Positions 14,058-26,800 of a stretch of DNA of 64,000 nt are shown here, piece by piece. Positions within the stretch are counted from its first letter, which is position 1. Every line of letters starts with the position of its first letter. A program made the position numbers and the translations under genes. Source of the stretch: Microthyrium microscopicum (lineage: Eukaryota); assembly GCA_010405405.1 (NCBI GenBank), contig MU004232.1:2003481-2067480 (forward strand). The letters are read 5' to 3'. The notes beneath the pieces are model-generated. The model saw nothing but the letters and a program-made list of their open reading frames with translations, searched no databases and was not told the origin of the DNA.

Positions 14058-14248
14058 TTTAGGTTAACCTAAATTATATAGCATTAGTTCTTTATTTAGG
14101 TTATCTATTAATAAATATAACCTATAGGCTAAACTTATAAAAACTTAATCTATTTAGGTTAGGTTATAATATTTCTAAAACCTAACCTACGCGGGTTATA
14201 AAAATATTTAGAGAAACCTATACCTAACCTAACCTAACCCATGCCCTA
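14058..14248. mobile_element. Probable right terminus of a hAT-like DNA transposon
   Basis: Ends ...CCTAACCTAACCCATGCCCTA (reverse complement TAGGGCATGGGTT...) exactly at the RIP boundary. Clustered AACC(C/T)/(A/G)GGTT subterminal motifs occur in both orientations. Left end not found. Confidence 0.5.
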
Positions 14249-15424
14249 GCATACTTGCTCCTTAGTAAAGTTCTGTTGAGCCATGGAGTCTGAAGTCATA
14301 TATTGAGTATACTTGAAAGGTGATGTAGTCGTCGAGAATGTCTAGCGGATGAACGATAAATTTATCGGCGATTGAAAGTTATATGACGGTGGGTGCCTGT
14401 GCGATGAAGGGTACTCTTGAGAAGTAGCAGGTATTAGTGCGAAGCGTTCTACCATATTTATATGTTAGACATTGTATTCTTTGGTAGAGATCTTGACTAT
14501 TTTGCACATTGTGGTGGCAGATAAAGCGCCTAAGAGCTTCAAAGAGAGAGATTGGATACCCGAATATCAATTCGACGTGCACCCCTTGGGCTTAGATTAT
14601 CCAATTACAATACTAAAGAATGAAGATGTCGGGAGAAAGAGCAGTCTAATGCCCAAATTCATACAAACATAAGTAATATCTATCGTATAAGCCATAAACC
14701 CAATAAACCAATTCCTATAATATGGTAATCATGCATTTGAATCCAAACCCAAAATTCCCCAAACACCAATCAACCCACACTTAGTAACCATAGCCAAAGG
14801 GCACATGAACAACAACTATTTGCTAGCTCCAATGGCAGAACCTCCATCAAAGTCTGGCCTCTTTGAAAACAAAAGCAAAGGAACATATGCACGAAAAACA
14901 CTCGCGCAGATGATTAGTTCTGTAGTCGATTATGAATAGAAACAGCAGTGTAAGACAATAATTCGGCCAGATCATGCCCATGCATGATATAGTAATGGAG
15001 TAGATAAGAGTATGGTAGGTAAAACAGTTGAAGGGTGAAACCAGGAAACAAGAAAAACTCCAGTTGCTATGGTTTGTTGTGTTGCGCCATTGCCTAGTAA
15101 TGATATATTTCGCCTGTGGCGCCAGATAATGATATGGGTGGTGTATCCTGAATATTTTGCGCATAAAACTCCGTGCTGTGTGAAAGAGAAATGGACATGG
15201 GTATTCCAGAGCAAAGAGCAAAAACGATTCCGTTTGTAGTATGTTGCTGCCATGGAGATTGCGTAAGTGGCCGGTTGTTGGTTCCAAACGCGGCTCGTTA
15301 TGTGATTGCATGGTTCGTGAAAGTCGTTAAGTATACTGGTTGAAGGGGGCGGACGGTTGATATAGGGTTTTGAAAACACATTCAAGAAGACAAATGTTGC
15401 TGCCGTTGATATATGAGCATGTCA

Positions 15425-18400
15425 TCATTGGCTTACACCATTAGGCTGGCCAGGGAAGAAAGGATGTGCAGAGACGTTGTGGACGAGATGGTTAGCTGGC
15501 GTAAAGGCTGGAACTGCTACGAGGGTGATCTTGTTAGCTGGTCCACTGGCGGGTATAGAGCTTGTTGTACTTGTTGCGCCGGAATGTGGTTGAGTTCCAG
15601 TGCCATTGGATTGCATGCTAGACGGCCGAGTAGAGATCGGTGTCATGTTTGGTGTCATGTTTGATGGCATGTGTGTGAAGCGGAGCATTTTCTCTTCAAT
15701 GCCGTCCATGGTCTTCTTTGAGATTTTTCCACGCGCGCGGTTCACTTCTGGGTTGAGCGCGGACCAGAGACGATAACCTTCGGTTTGCGGTAGATACTCA
15801 AGCAGCGTTTCTATGGTAGTTAGTAATGCCATATTGCGAATAGGTTAGGTAAACTTACGAATAACATAGTTGCCAAAACCACACTTGACATACTCATACA
15901 ACGATTCGCCTTGGGTTTGATTGTGGCCTGGCTCCATGATTTGGCGCAGAATCTCAATTTGCTGTGCAGTGGTTCCGTGTACTACACACTTTTCAACCAC
16001 ATTGCTGGCAAACTTGTGTTTGGCGAAATCCTTGACGCCTCGATCTAGAATGAGCTTGATGATGCGGTTTCGACTAGTGATATCGCCGTGCGTGATAACA
16101 TGTTGCGCCACATAGTTGCCAAATTGGTCCTTGATAAGCTCCGCATCACAGGTAGACAGCTCATCGAGAACCTGTCGCTTGACATTGGGATCATTCTTCT
16201 CCAGCATGCGCTGTATTACGCGGCAGCCATAGGCATGTAGAGAAAGCTCGATTATTTTGCCAGTGACGACTTCGTAGATGAAACCGATGTATCTGCTATC
16301 GATCACTTCAATAGCCTTTTGAATAACGTGATTTCCATTTTGGTCTCGAATGCAACGAAGAACGCGGTGATCAGACTTGTCAGGAACAACCTCGTTGAGC
16401 TCAGATACAAGCTCAGCTTGTTGATCAGTGAGGATATGATCAAATGCCTAGGAAACAATTAGTTGGAGAACGAGAGGCTTTTGAGAAAACTAACCTTTTG
16501 CACCACACGGCAACCATACATCTGCAGACTCAACGGATAGATATGATTCTTCATCTCATTCGCGAGCTGTTTCTTTTGTATTTGGTCACCATGCTCGAAA
16601 AGCTTTTGAAGGACGTAGTTCCCAAACACGTCAAACATTAATTGCCTAGCATTTGGCATGATCTCGTCAAAGATAATCCCTTTCTCGTCACTGTTGGCTT
16701 GCTCAAGCTTTTGCTGTAGAAATCGCGAGCCGGCCTGGTCACCGGCAAACTCAACCACATTGGAGTAAACATCCTTGAGTTCAAACCGCCGATTTTTGCT
16801 TCCACTGGCGGAGCAATGTGCGTGAAATTCACGTAGAGCACCACTTTGAACTACTGGAGTATTTGAGTTGTTGAGTGATGGTCCAAGATACAACGGCATT
16901 TGCGGTGGCATGCCAAATGTCATGGCACCATTGGGGTTATAGCCTTGAACTGGGTAGTTGCCATATGGTACCATCGGACCTGCGTATTGACCGTTGCGAT
17001 TTTGCGTAGCCAACCAAGCTGCATATTGTTGAGCTTGAATATATAGCTGCGTTTGGTATTCTTGCTGCTGCATTTGAAGTTGCTGCTGATAGTTTCGAGG
17101 ATGCCGATTGCTGAGGACCAAAGCATTCGAAGGTGCAGGTGCGTTGCGCCCGTTTTGAAAACGTGATGCAGGGTTGTTGACATGATAGGGATCTTCATAT
17201 GGTGTGTAGTTGTGATTGTTAGCGTAGTAATTACTTGGAACAAAATCCGTTGCGTTTTGAATTGATCCATTACGATCAAGAGCTTGGTTTGGTCGTGGAG
17301 AATTATAATCTGACAGGGTTCTATCGAAAGGTGGAGACATGGGATATTGAAAAGAAGCCGTGGAATCATTGACAAAATCATGAGAAAAATATCGCTCTTG
17401 TGGGGAAAGGTTATTAGTGTTTAAATGGCCAGGCGCCTTTCGCAGGCTCAAAGACTTTTCGTTCTTTGTAGTTCGTTCATGTAATTTGAGATTCCCAAGA
17501 TTGCCTAACATGTCTTCATATGGATCGTTCCTCTCTAGATATGGCTGACCACTTGGCAGCTGGAAGCTAGGTCTTGGTCGATTGGAAGGATCTTCTTCAG
17601 GGAGAAACGATTCGTTCGAGTGGCGCGATGGTGGTAAGCTTCCGTTTCTTGTTGCGCCAGCACTTGAAGGCGCTGGGAAATCAATCCCTCTTCTGTGATC
17701 CTCGGTGGGCGAGACTCTTGATCCAGTGTTTGGCCATCTATGGGTAAAGCTTGAAATATGAGTGGACGAGTGTGCAGGAAGAGTGGGATATCCGTCGAGA
17801 ATTCCGTCTGAAGGTGGCCCATAGCCTGCCACGGCATCTAAAGAATTATGCGGTCCTTTGCCAAAAGATGAGAACTGCTGAAAAGATGGTTGAGTATTCT
17901 CAGAACGCTGCGGTTGCTGTAGTCCAGATCTGGGCAACGGCGGGTTAAGCGTGGATTGATTTTGTGATCGTGATGCTTCATCAGCATTCTTCCACCATTG
18001 AGCTTTGCGATCTGTCTCGGCCTCCGACGACTCAAATAACGAGGCTGATCCACCGGGAGTGAGGGGAGGGAGGAACGGCTTGCTTTCTGGGTGTAGAAAT
18101 CGATCGTTGGACGTCTTTGGAATCAAGCTACTGCTGTTTGCGCGCTGTCCAAGTGACAGTACATTTGGCCTATCAAGTCTGCTCTCGAGCTGTTGACCTG
18201 GTCTTGGAGGTTTCCCCCATATATCTTCGAAACTCGTCATCCCATAGTTGGTACCAAGTCCATTAATCAGCTTATTATTAGTTGTTTGCTTGGAACCAAA
18301 AGGGTCGTGCTCGCGACGGCTGAGATTTTGATATGTAGAACGATTTTCAGCAAAGCCTGATGTGGAGCGTTCATTTCTTTGTATAGACGATGCCATTGTG

Positions 18401-18477
18401 GAAGTAGAGCTATGATCGATTTGGTTGAGTCGACTGGTGGTAGTGATGGTAGAAGGATGAGGAAATCGATTATCCAT
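15425..18477 (-). CDS. PUF3: Pumilio-family RNA-binding protein (Puf3-like), 8 PUF repeats
   Basis: Repeat cores SRFLQQ, NYVLQK, CRVVQK, NHVIQK, CRVIQR, NYVAQH, SNVVEK and NYVIQT match the canonical Pumilio/Puf3 code. GT-AG introns 16448-16494 and 15811-15858 join three ORFs in frame. Long low-complexity N-terminus; start uncertain. Confidence 0.9.
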
Positions 18478-21400
18478 ATGTTATAGACGAGTTGATCTAG
18501 CAGCTTTCTACAGTAAATCGATTAACACAGATGGATATATAATAGATGGAGAGCTTACTGTAGCTAGTAATATGAAGCAGATCGGGGATAAGATGAGAGT
18601 ATTAGACAAGAAATGTACAGAAAAGTGTGTAGGAGAGTCGGAGGAAGCGGCGCGCGTTAGAGACGGCAGCGACAGAGAACCAGATATTTAGCGTGAAGGG
18701 AAAGAAGGGTTATGAACAAAGATATGAACAGTTAGGACTCTAGATGTAAGGTCTTGGTGAAGCAAAGTAAGGTAGAAATTGACACAGTGGATACAGAGAT
18801 CCCCCTTGAATGCAGTGGACGGGGCGGCAGGCTAGCAGTCAAGTTGGCATGTTCCTCGAAGATTGGGCCCAGCGCGCATAGGCCGGGGAATGCATGGAGG
18901 AACGAGGCCAGCAGAGGAGATGGACACAGAGATGAAGAGCTGGTTCTGTGGGTGACGCAAGGGAGCGGGCGAGACGGAATGGAGAGGGCGCGAAGTGGGC
19001 GACGGGGTTCCGGTAGAGGGTTTGATGAGGCTGGCAACCCGACGGGAGAGAGATGAAGGGGAAGAGCGGCGCAAGAAGAGATGAGAGACGCCAGAAGAAG
19101 ATAATGGTAGAGGGAGACTAGAAGAAGTGGTGATAACCAAATATGATTTTTGGAGAGATGGTGGGTTGAAATGTTGGGGTAGATGTTTGGGGGGGGGATA
19201 TGGCCAGAAGTTTGTAGATGCCAGAAAAATCGAAGGTTTATTTTTTTGGAGGGAAGCTGGACGGATCCAAGGGCGGGTGGCTTGGTTTGGCTTCTCTTGG
19301 TTCCCTTCAGCTAAACTGTCCAGGGTATGGCGTCTGTATTTAGCGGCTCACCACTATAAATGTCGTGACAAGAAACAAGAGACCTGGTTGTCGTAATCCA
19401 CCACTCTATGCTGCTCAACTATGACTTGGTAATTATAGCTGAACGAACACTCAATGTATCGAATGTCCCAAGATCCTGGTGCAGCACTGAACTGCGACCG
19501 GTACTGACCGAGCGAGGGCTGGCAGATCATTTCATCTATTCGTCTGTATCAGAGATCTTGAACCCCCCTTCCAGGAGCCTCCACTTGCCATTAGAGGCTG
19601 CAGCAGCCGCCACAGTTCGCTAAATATACTGACACGCTCCGCTATTTGCTGGGCCAGCCCGCCGCTAAACTTAATCCCTCCGAAAAGCCCATCCAGTCAA
19701 CGTGCCCTAAGCCCTACAGCTTTACTTCCTCTGCTCTTCTCGCCTCTTTTTGACATGGTTTTCTGCTATCATCCTCCAGTAAGGTACAAGTTCAAGATAG
19801 CATCCATTATCTCCAAGGTATCTTCAAGGTACTGGTAGTTATGATATCTGTTTCAACCATCCTACCATCCCAAATTTGGGCAAGTACCTTGATCGAACCT
19901 GGAAGCCAACAAGGTATGGATACCAGAAGGCAGATTCTCCAGACTAATTAGGACAAGTATTGCTCTCGCAGTCTCATCGCCAGATTTGATGCAGTTCTGG
20001 AATGTCGACAAAGCCCCTTGAATACTACATCCCAGTTCCGTTCATCCAATTATCGTTGACAGACTCACCGATTGCATGCACGTAAATCGCTGACAGCTGT
20101 ACGCCATTCTCTGAGCTTTCGCCACGTTGACTTTTCCTCCTATAATTGTGCGCCTCCTTTTGCTTTTGGTCCCTTCTTATTTATATACCACTACACTTTC
20201 CAATAACTACACTGCGCGTGCTATACAGTAACTCCAGTCCCAAGCACTTTTAGTATTTCTTATACTAGAGTACCCCGCTCTCTAAAATATTTCGCCTCTC
20301 AAAACTTGTTTTGGCGCACATACTCCATCCGTTCCATGTTCCGTTTCCTCCCAAGAAACTGAGACGGATGTGGTTTGCATGTCTTATCACGTTTCACACC
20401 TATCAAAACATCTTTTTATCATCTGACGCCTCATATCTCCAGTACCTGGACACAATTTCGGGTAGATCAGATTATTTATTTCAAATGTTCTTCTTCAGTG
20501 ATAAGAAATTACCTTTAGTACTATGCAACATCTCGATGCTATTGAAGTTACTGGTACCAGAATAGATATTTCTTATTTTACTCCAACTTGTGCTCTAGTT
20601 GCACAGTTTCCAGGCCAGACGATCAACTCGGATGCATTTGCTACTGCAGCTTGCCATGCTGCAGCCGAGCCATGCTTAAGCCACCAACAGTCAACCTACC
20701 AGATTAATCATTTTTTTTACCCGCGTTGGCTTCCGAGTGTACAGGAGGGGCTATTCTGTTGTTATCTAGCGTGCGACAAATACTATCACCCCTACTTGCT
20801 TATACAGATATAGTGGTATTGGTCTATAAGCTCTACATAAGTTCGTAGGTTATGCAGTCGATGTCAACGTCAACCTGAAATATATATCCATGAGAGTCAT
20901 AATATCCACGCTTCGTATGGTTTTTGTATCGGATAGTCGCTGTATTAGAGCTCTTAGAAGAAAAAACAATCATCTCTGCTGACCAGGCTCGGTTGAGCAA
21001 CGTAGGACCAGAAATGCACGGGTGGATGCGCCATCTCAGTCATATCATCATTCTCCGCACCAGCCGCGCTCGCCGTTGTATAGTAATAAGCTTGGATGAT
21101 AAATACAAACTCTACTGGCCCAGCAGAAGTCTACAATATCAATTTGGCCGTTGCACAAGGGCCGAGGTGATGATCTAAAAACCCTTTGCTAGCAGAGTTC
21201 ACGATATTGTACGAGCCACAATAATGAGCAAAAGCCTTTGTCATGGCAGTTCAGGATAACCCATGTATACAGTATATCACCAACCCATTTCTGGGGAACG
21301 GCCAATATCGACAAGGCTCAATCTGATCACCAACCAAAATCGTCATGGTTCTGGCATGATCAGCCAATTAGAAAGTGGCATAGCAAAAGGAAGTAAATTA

Positions 21401-22671
21401 AGCCCAGATCGGGATACTTTGACGCAGATCAGCAAGGCCGGCGACCGTTGAAAGGGGTGTGCTGAGATTGAGACGTGCGCTTCGGTTGCCGCTGATTATT
21501 GGAAAGGCCTAAACATCGCCAAAGATGATGTTGGTGGTGTGGGTCAGGTGTTGGGAATACAGGTGGGTTATGTGTGGGTTTATATGGTTCAGCGGTTGTT
21601 CAACTGGCGGGGAGAGTCTGGAGAGGAACGAGAAAGCAAAGAGTTTGGTTGTTTCGAAACTTTGCTATCTGGGGATTGAGGGGATTGGCAGCAGCGAAGG
21701 GCGCAATTGGCTGTTTCAGAGCGTGGAAGGCGTGGAAGAAGGAAGGCTTGGCAGGCACCATCTGCCGCCAGTGAGATAAGCTGGGTTGTGATTGGCCTGA
21801 GCGGAATAAGCAGTTGCTCGTTTTGCAACCACAGAAAGCTTGAGGAAGGCACGACCCTGTCTAGCGGCTGGATTTGGCAGTGTTGACTGGCAGTCTGGCC
21901 GCTCGTGCCTGCCTTTCAAGGGAATTGTGCCTGCATCCGCGAGTCCGCTCTTGCTGCAACTGCATTGGTGTGTTTTTGTTGGTGGCAGATGGTCATTTCC
22001 ACCAAAACTCCAAAAGTCAACACCACGCTTTCGTCCCTCACTCTCTCCATCTCTTACTCCTGCCTTTGCCTCCAGTCTCTCGTTTTTTCCCTTACTACGC
22101 TCCTTCTTTTCTTTTCAAATCTTTGGTCGTGGAAAGTGTGTTTGCATCACTCTTTAGCAACATACTCCCGACTGTTCTTTCCTTGAAAATAACCCCTTTC
22201 AATCCCTCGCTCCTTATCAACCGCTCACGGTTCAGCCTGCTCTCTATACCCATACTCATTCCCCAGCGGAAGAGATAATCGCATGTCGGTAAGACCACTC
22301 ACTAGCACTCAATTCAATCGATCCCAATGGGCTGTGACTCTGTCTAATCGACGCGGTCCACGGTCATCCTCCAACATTCCATGTCTTGCCCACGCTCATC
22401 ACAACAAATTCCCCCTTGAAAAGAACCCACACACGCTTCATACATTCCCGCGATTTTGGTCACCCGCGCCACTCGAATTTTTCACACAAACAGACGCTCA
22501 CTCACATTTCTTGCCTCTAGCAGATTCCCGTCAAACTCTTTTGACCATTCATTTCCCTGATACACGATCAAGAGACTGGTCTCAATAACTTCTTTTTCCA
22601 AACCTTCAATCTTCCAACACTCTACCAACAATAACCACTTTATACCACAATCGTAACAATCGCAACCAACC

Positions 22672-23223
22672 ATGCCCGCCCTGCATAAATTGGTCGTCCG
22701 CGACGACTCTAGCTCCGATGGCAGCATGACTCCAACCATGCTCAAACTCCTGATTGCTCTCGTCGTCCTTGCAGTCGTCACCATTCTCCTCATTGCCGGC
22801 CTTCTTATTCTCCGAGCAGTCAAACGTACGCGCAGTCGCCCTTCATCTCTCAACGCGCAAGCATTCGGCTCAGAAAAGACATCAAATTATCGCCGCCTTA
22901 CCATTGAAACCATGAACACCACTCCCGCTTACGCCATTCAAGAGAAGGGTGCCTTTGTTATTGGTGACAGCCAGCCTACAACACCCACTACTCCTTTACC
23001 GGAGATTCATATCACCTTCCCGGATGAGGTGGACAAGACCGGCCGCCCTCAAAGTGGCAGAGTGGTTGTTGTACACATGGGCGACAACGACGCTGTCGGC
23101 TTAGCACCTCTTGAGGACTCCCTTCCACCATACGAGCGCGAGGGTGGACAACGGTTCCAGAGTCTGGACCTAGACCGCATCGGAGGTTTGAAAGAGAAGG
23201 ATCTTGAGAAGCAATGGTCTTGA
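22672..23223 (+). CDS. Small single-pass membrane protein, fungal conserved hypothetical
   Basis: 183-aa ORF with good start context (ACCATG), one long hydrophobic helix followed by basic residues, and a cytosolic LPPY (PY-type) motif. Confidence 0.8.
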   Translation: MPALHKLVVRDDSSSDGSMTPTMLKLLIALVVLAVVTILLIAGLLILRAVKRTRSRPSSLNAQAFGSEKTSNYRRLTIETMNTTPAYAIQEKGAFVIGDSQPTTPTTPLPEIHITFPDEVDKTGRPQSGRVVVVHMGDNDAVGLAPLEDSLPPYEREGGQRFQSLDLDRIGGLKEKDLEKQWS

Positions 23224-23890
23224 TGTACCATGGCGGAATCATCCAACACCTAATCTCGATAATCTTAATCTTTTATTTGAAATCCGAAAGGCCAGGGACT
23301 GGAGGTCTGGCTGGTGGACCGGAGACGATATCGCTCACCAAAGATTTCCCAGACTGTAATGACGACTTTTTACTTCAACGACTTTTCAACCTTCTTCTTT
23401 TTCTCCGCGAGGTAGATGCTTGGAACCGCTCAACTCGGCCTCTTGTTGCAAAACACAGAGCCATCTGTTTATAGCACTAGGCGGTTCCAGGGTCTCTTTT
23501 CGTTCGGTGTTCTGTCTGGTGGTGGTTGATGGCTCAGGCGTGGCCGTCTTCTCGTTAGGCATTTCTATTCTTCAGCGACTGGCGCAAATGCTCCAGAGCA
23601 ATGATGTATATTTTACACACACTGTACCTATAGCTAAATTAATGTGTGCTCTCAACCAAGAAGTCAAATAGCCTGATGTGAATCGTTGGTGCAAACGTCT
23701 AAGCTGCAGCTATTTAGTGCGTGCAGGGATGCGTCACTTTCAATTCCCAATTGATCTGAGCTTCTTTGAAACAACAACAACCACATCGCACTACTCCCAT
23801 ACATTCAATGAGCATTCAATGAGCAGAGAAAGATCTTACATACTCATACATTCGTGCTAATGTGTCTAGTAGTCTTAAAGTTCTTCATGA

Positions 23891-26800
23891 ATGAGCCATG
23901 ATACCTCGGTAGCCTACAATACCATCCCTATTCCTCGAACTCCACTCCCTGCTTCCTCGTCCGCCATGCCGAAAGATGGCTCCGTCAAGTCTACAAAGTC
24001 GTCGAATACGGAATATGCGTCTATATCGAAACAATGGGCCGATGCAAAGGCGGTCAAACAACTGGAAGCGACCCAGTCGGAAGACTCCGTTGAACTTTCC
24101 AGACGCGCCGCAGCTAGTTTGAAGCAGGCAGAGATATTGTTCACCGTGAAACAAGGACTGTTAATGACCTGGTTTGCCATTCTGGTTCTTCTACACGTAC
24201 TTGGACTATACCTCTTCACTTCGGGCTTTCTCCTTACGCGTATGGTCCTCGACGACACGTCCAATTGTACAGCACCGCCCGTTGCCCTCGAATCGAAGCT
24301 CTCGCTGGGCAATTCGCAAACCGGCTGCTGGCACCCCAAGTCCTTCGACAAGGCCGTGGTTATCATCATTGACGCACTACGCTACGACTTTACCGTCCCG
24401 TACCAAGCGCCTGAATATAACCTTAACGAGCCACCACGGCACTACCACGATGCACTCACCGTCCTCTACGAGACAGCCGTCCAGTCCCCCGAAAACGCAG
24501 TCCTTCTCCCCTTCATCGCCGACCCACCAACAACCACACTCCAGCGCATCAAGGGCCTAACAACCGGAACTCTTCCCACTTTCATCGAAGCTGGCAGCAA
24601 TTTCGCAGGCGAAGCTATTGAAGAAGACAATCTCATAGCCCAACTCCGGACCGCCAACCGCTCCGTCGTCCACATCGGCGACGATACCTGGCACGCGCTC
24701 TTCCCGGGCTATTTCAACGCAGAGCTCACCAAGCCGTATGATTCTCTTAATGTCTGGGACTTGCATACCGTCGATACGGGCGTCATCACGCACCTGCTGC
24801 CGCTGATGCAGCCTGCGAACGCATCGCGCTGGGATTTTCTTATTGGGCATTTGCTTGGTGTTGATCATGCGGGTCATCGGTATGGACCGGACCATGCTGC
24901 TATGGCGGACAAGTTGCGCCAGATGGACAGATTTTTGCGCGACGTTATAGCGCAAGTGGATGAGCGCACGCTTTTGGTAGTCATGGGAGACCATGGCATG
25001 GACAGCAAAGGTGACCATGGTGGCGAGTCAGACGATGAGGTGCAGGCGGCGCTGTGGATGTATTCAAAGAAGCCTTTTTTTGGACGTCGAAAGGGCACTG
25101 ATATGCGGCCACCGATGACGGCTAAGGAGCGCGCTGTGGGACAGATCGATTTGGTGCCGACCCTCTCGCTTCTCCTAGGACTACCTATTCCCTTCAACAA
25201 TCTCGGGGCGCCTATCTTCGAAGCTTTTGCTGGCCGCTTGGGAACAAATTGGGAGAATTTGTCGCGAGTGTATCGATTAGCGGGAGCACAGATTGCGAGG
25301 TATATGGGCGAGTATGCCGCCGTGCGGAAACTGGAGTCTACGAATCGGAAACAGTATGATATGGCAACGACGCTTTGGGGAAGTCGTACTGACAAACGAG
25401 GCTCATCGGATCCTTGGGAGATCATTCATACGGCGTACTGGCTATATCAGAAAGAAACACTGAAATTATGCAAGTCATTATGGGCTCAATTCGATGTTAC
25501 AAGTATGGTTTCCGGCATAACTGTATTGGCTCTTACCCTGGGTGTCTTACTGGTATATTCAAGGAGTATTCCAGGCAATCTGGCGGACCTGAGTCCTCTA
25601 CTGGTTAGGAGAGCTGGAATTGGGCTGGTCTTAGGAGTCGCCGCTGGCTTTGGCGTAAATGCCATGTTACAAAGCTCGTCGTGGCTTGGAATGATGGCTC
25701 TTTCAACTGCAATCGGTGGTCTGCTAGGAAGTGTTTGGGGACTTATACCGAGTGCCCCAAGTATGTCGCTACCAATACCGCGGTCCATTTTCTCCTGGAT
25801 ATCGGTTATATTTACACTAGCCTTGTCGATAGGGTTTGCTTCCAACTCTTATACCATATGGGAGGACCGCATTCTGCTGTTCTTCCTTACGACACTAAGC
25901 ATTCTGTTCTGCGCCGCCTCTCTGCGACAAGAGAATGTCGTTGACAGAGCCTATGGGTGCTACCACTCTATTCTCTTTGGTGTTCTCACCCGCCTAGCCT
26001 CATTCTCACGACTCTGCCGCGAAGAACAAATGCCATACTGCGAGTCAACTTACTACTCCTCATCCAGCTCTTCCACCATCGCCGCTTGGCAACTGCTCAT
26101 TCCCGTCGCCATCGCTTTTGCACTCCCCGGAATTATCAAACAATACCACCAAAACACGCAGTCCTACCACCACTCCGCCGTCCTCTGGTACGGCTTCGCC
26201 TTCCGCTCTGCCCTCTGGCTCAGCGCTGTCTTCTGGCTCCTCAACACCGCCGACGACCACGCCTGGCTCTCCACCTACATCTCCGAAAGCACCATGAAGA
26301 CCACAAAAGTCATGCTCGCCCAAACAGCCCTTGGCATCGCCATCGCCGTCGGCTACTCCATCTACGCCTGGTCCGCCCCCTTCCTCTCCATCACCACCTC
26401 CACGCCCACCGCCAACAGCCCACCCATCGCCGGCCTCGCCAACGTCCACGGCACACGCTACCTCCCTCTCCTAACAATCTACCTCGCACCCATACTCCTC
26501 CTCCAAAAACCCCTCGGCGCCGGCACAACCGCCCTGCTAGCCTGGCAAATCCTCGCCCTCCTCGAACTCCTCTCCACCCTCAATCTAGCATCCCCCATCG
26601 GACCCACGACCCTCGCTCTTCTAGCCTCCTTCCACTACTTCACCACCGGCCACACAGCAACGCTATCATCTCTCCAATGGGACGCCGCCTTCATCCCGCT
26701 ACATACCATCCGACAGCCCTTCTCCGCCATCCTCATCGCCCTTAACACGCTTGGTCCGCATATCCTGTGCGCACTCGCCGTACCGCTCATCCCGCTTTGG

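Larger units (their letters stand above)
1..14248. other. AT-rich RIP-degenerated repeat block (likely heterochromatin)
   Basis: Very low GC, pervasive TpA, near absence of CpA/TpG, and no ORF of 60 aa or more in the six-frame track. Composition returns abruptly to normal at ~14250. Confidence 0.95.

Noticed and set aside
14215..14245. (CCTAA)n as a telomere repeat
   Set aside because: Only ~3 five-base units, not the fungal CCCTAA hexamer. Better explained as RIP-mutated CCCAA subterminal repeats of a transposon end.
18732..22280. Numerous 60-134 aa ORFs between PUF3 and the membrane protein
   Set aside because: Overlapping on both strands, mostly non-ATG starts and no motifs; consistent with a divergent promoter and UTR region.
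25957..26745. 262-aa overlapping His/Arg/Pro-rich ORF in GPI13, and similar shadow ORFs in the cyclase and FMP40 genes
   Set aside because: By-product of extreme C-ending codon skew, which removes stops from alternative frames.
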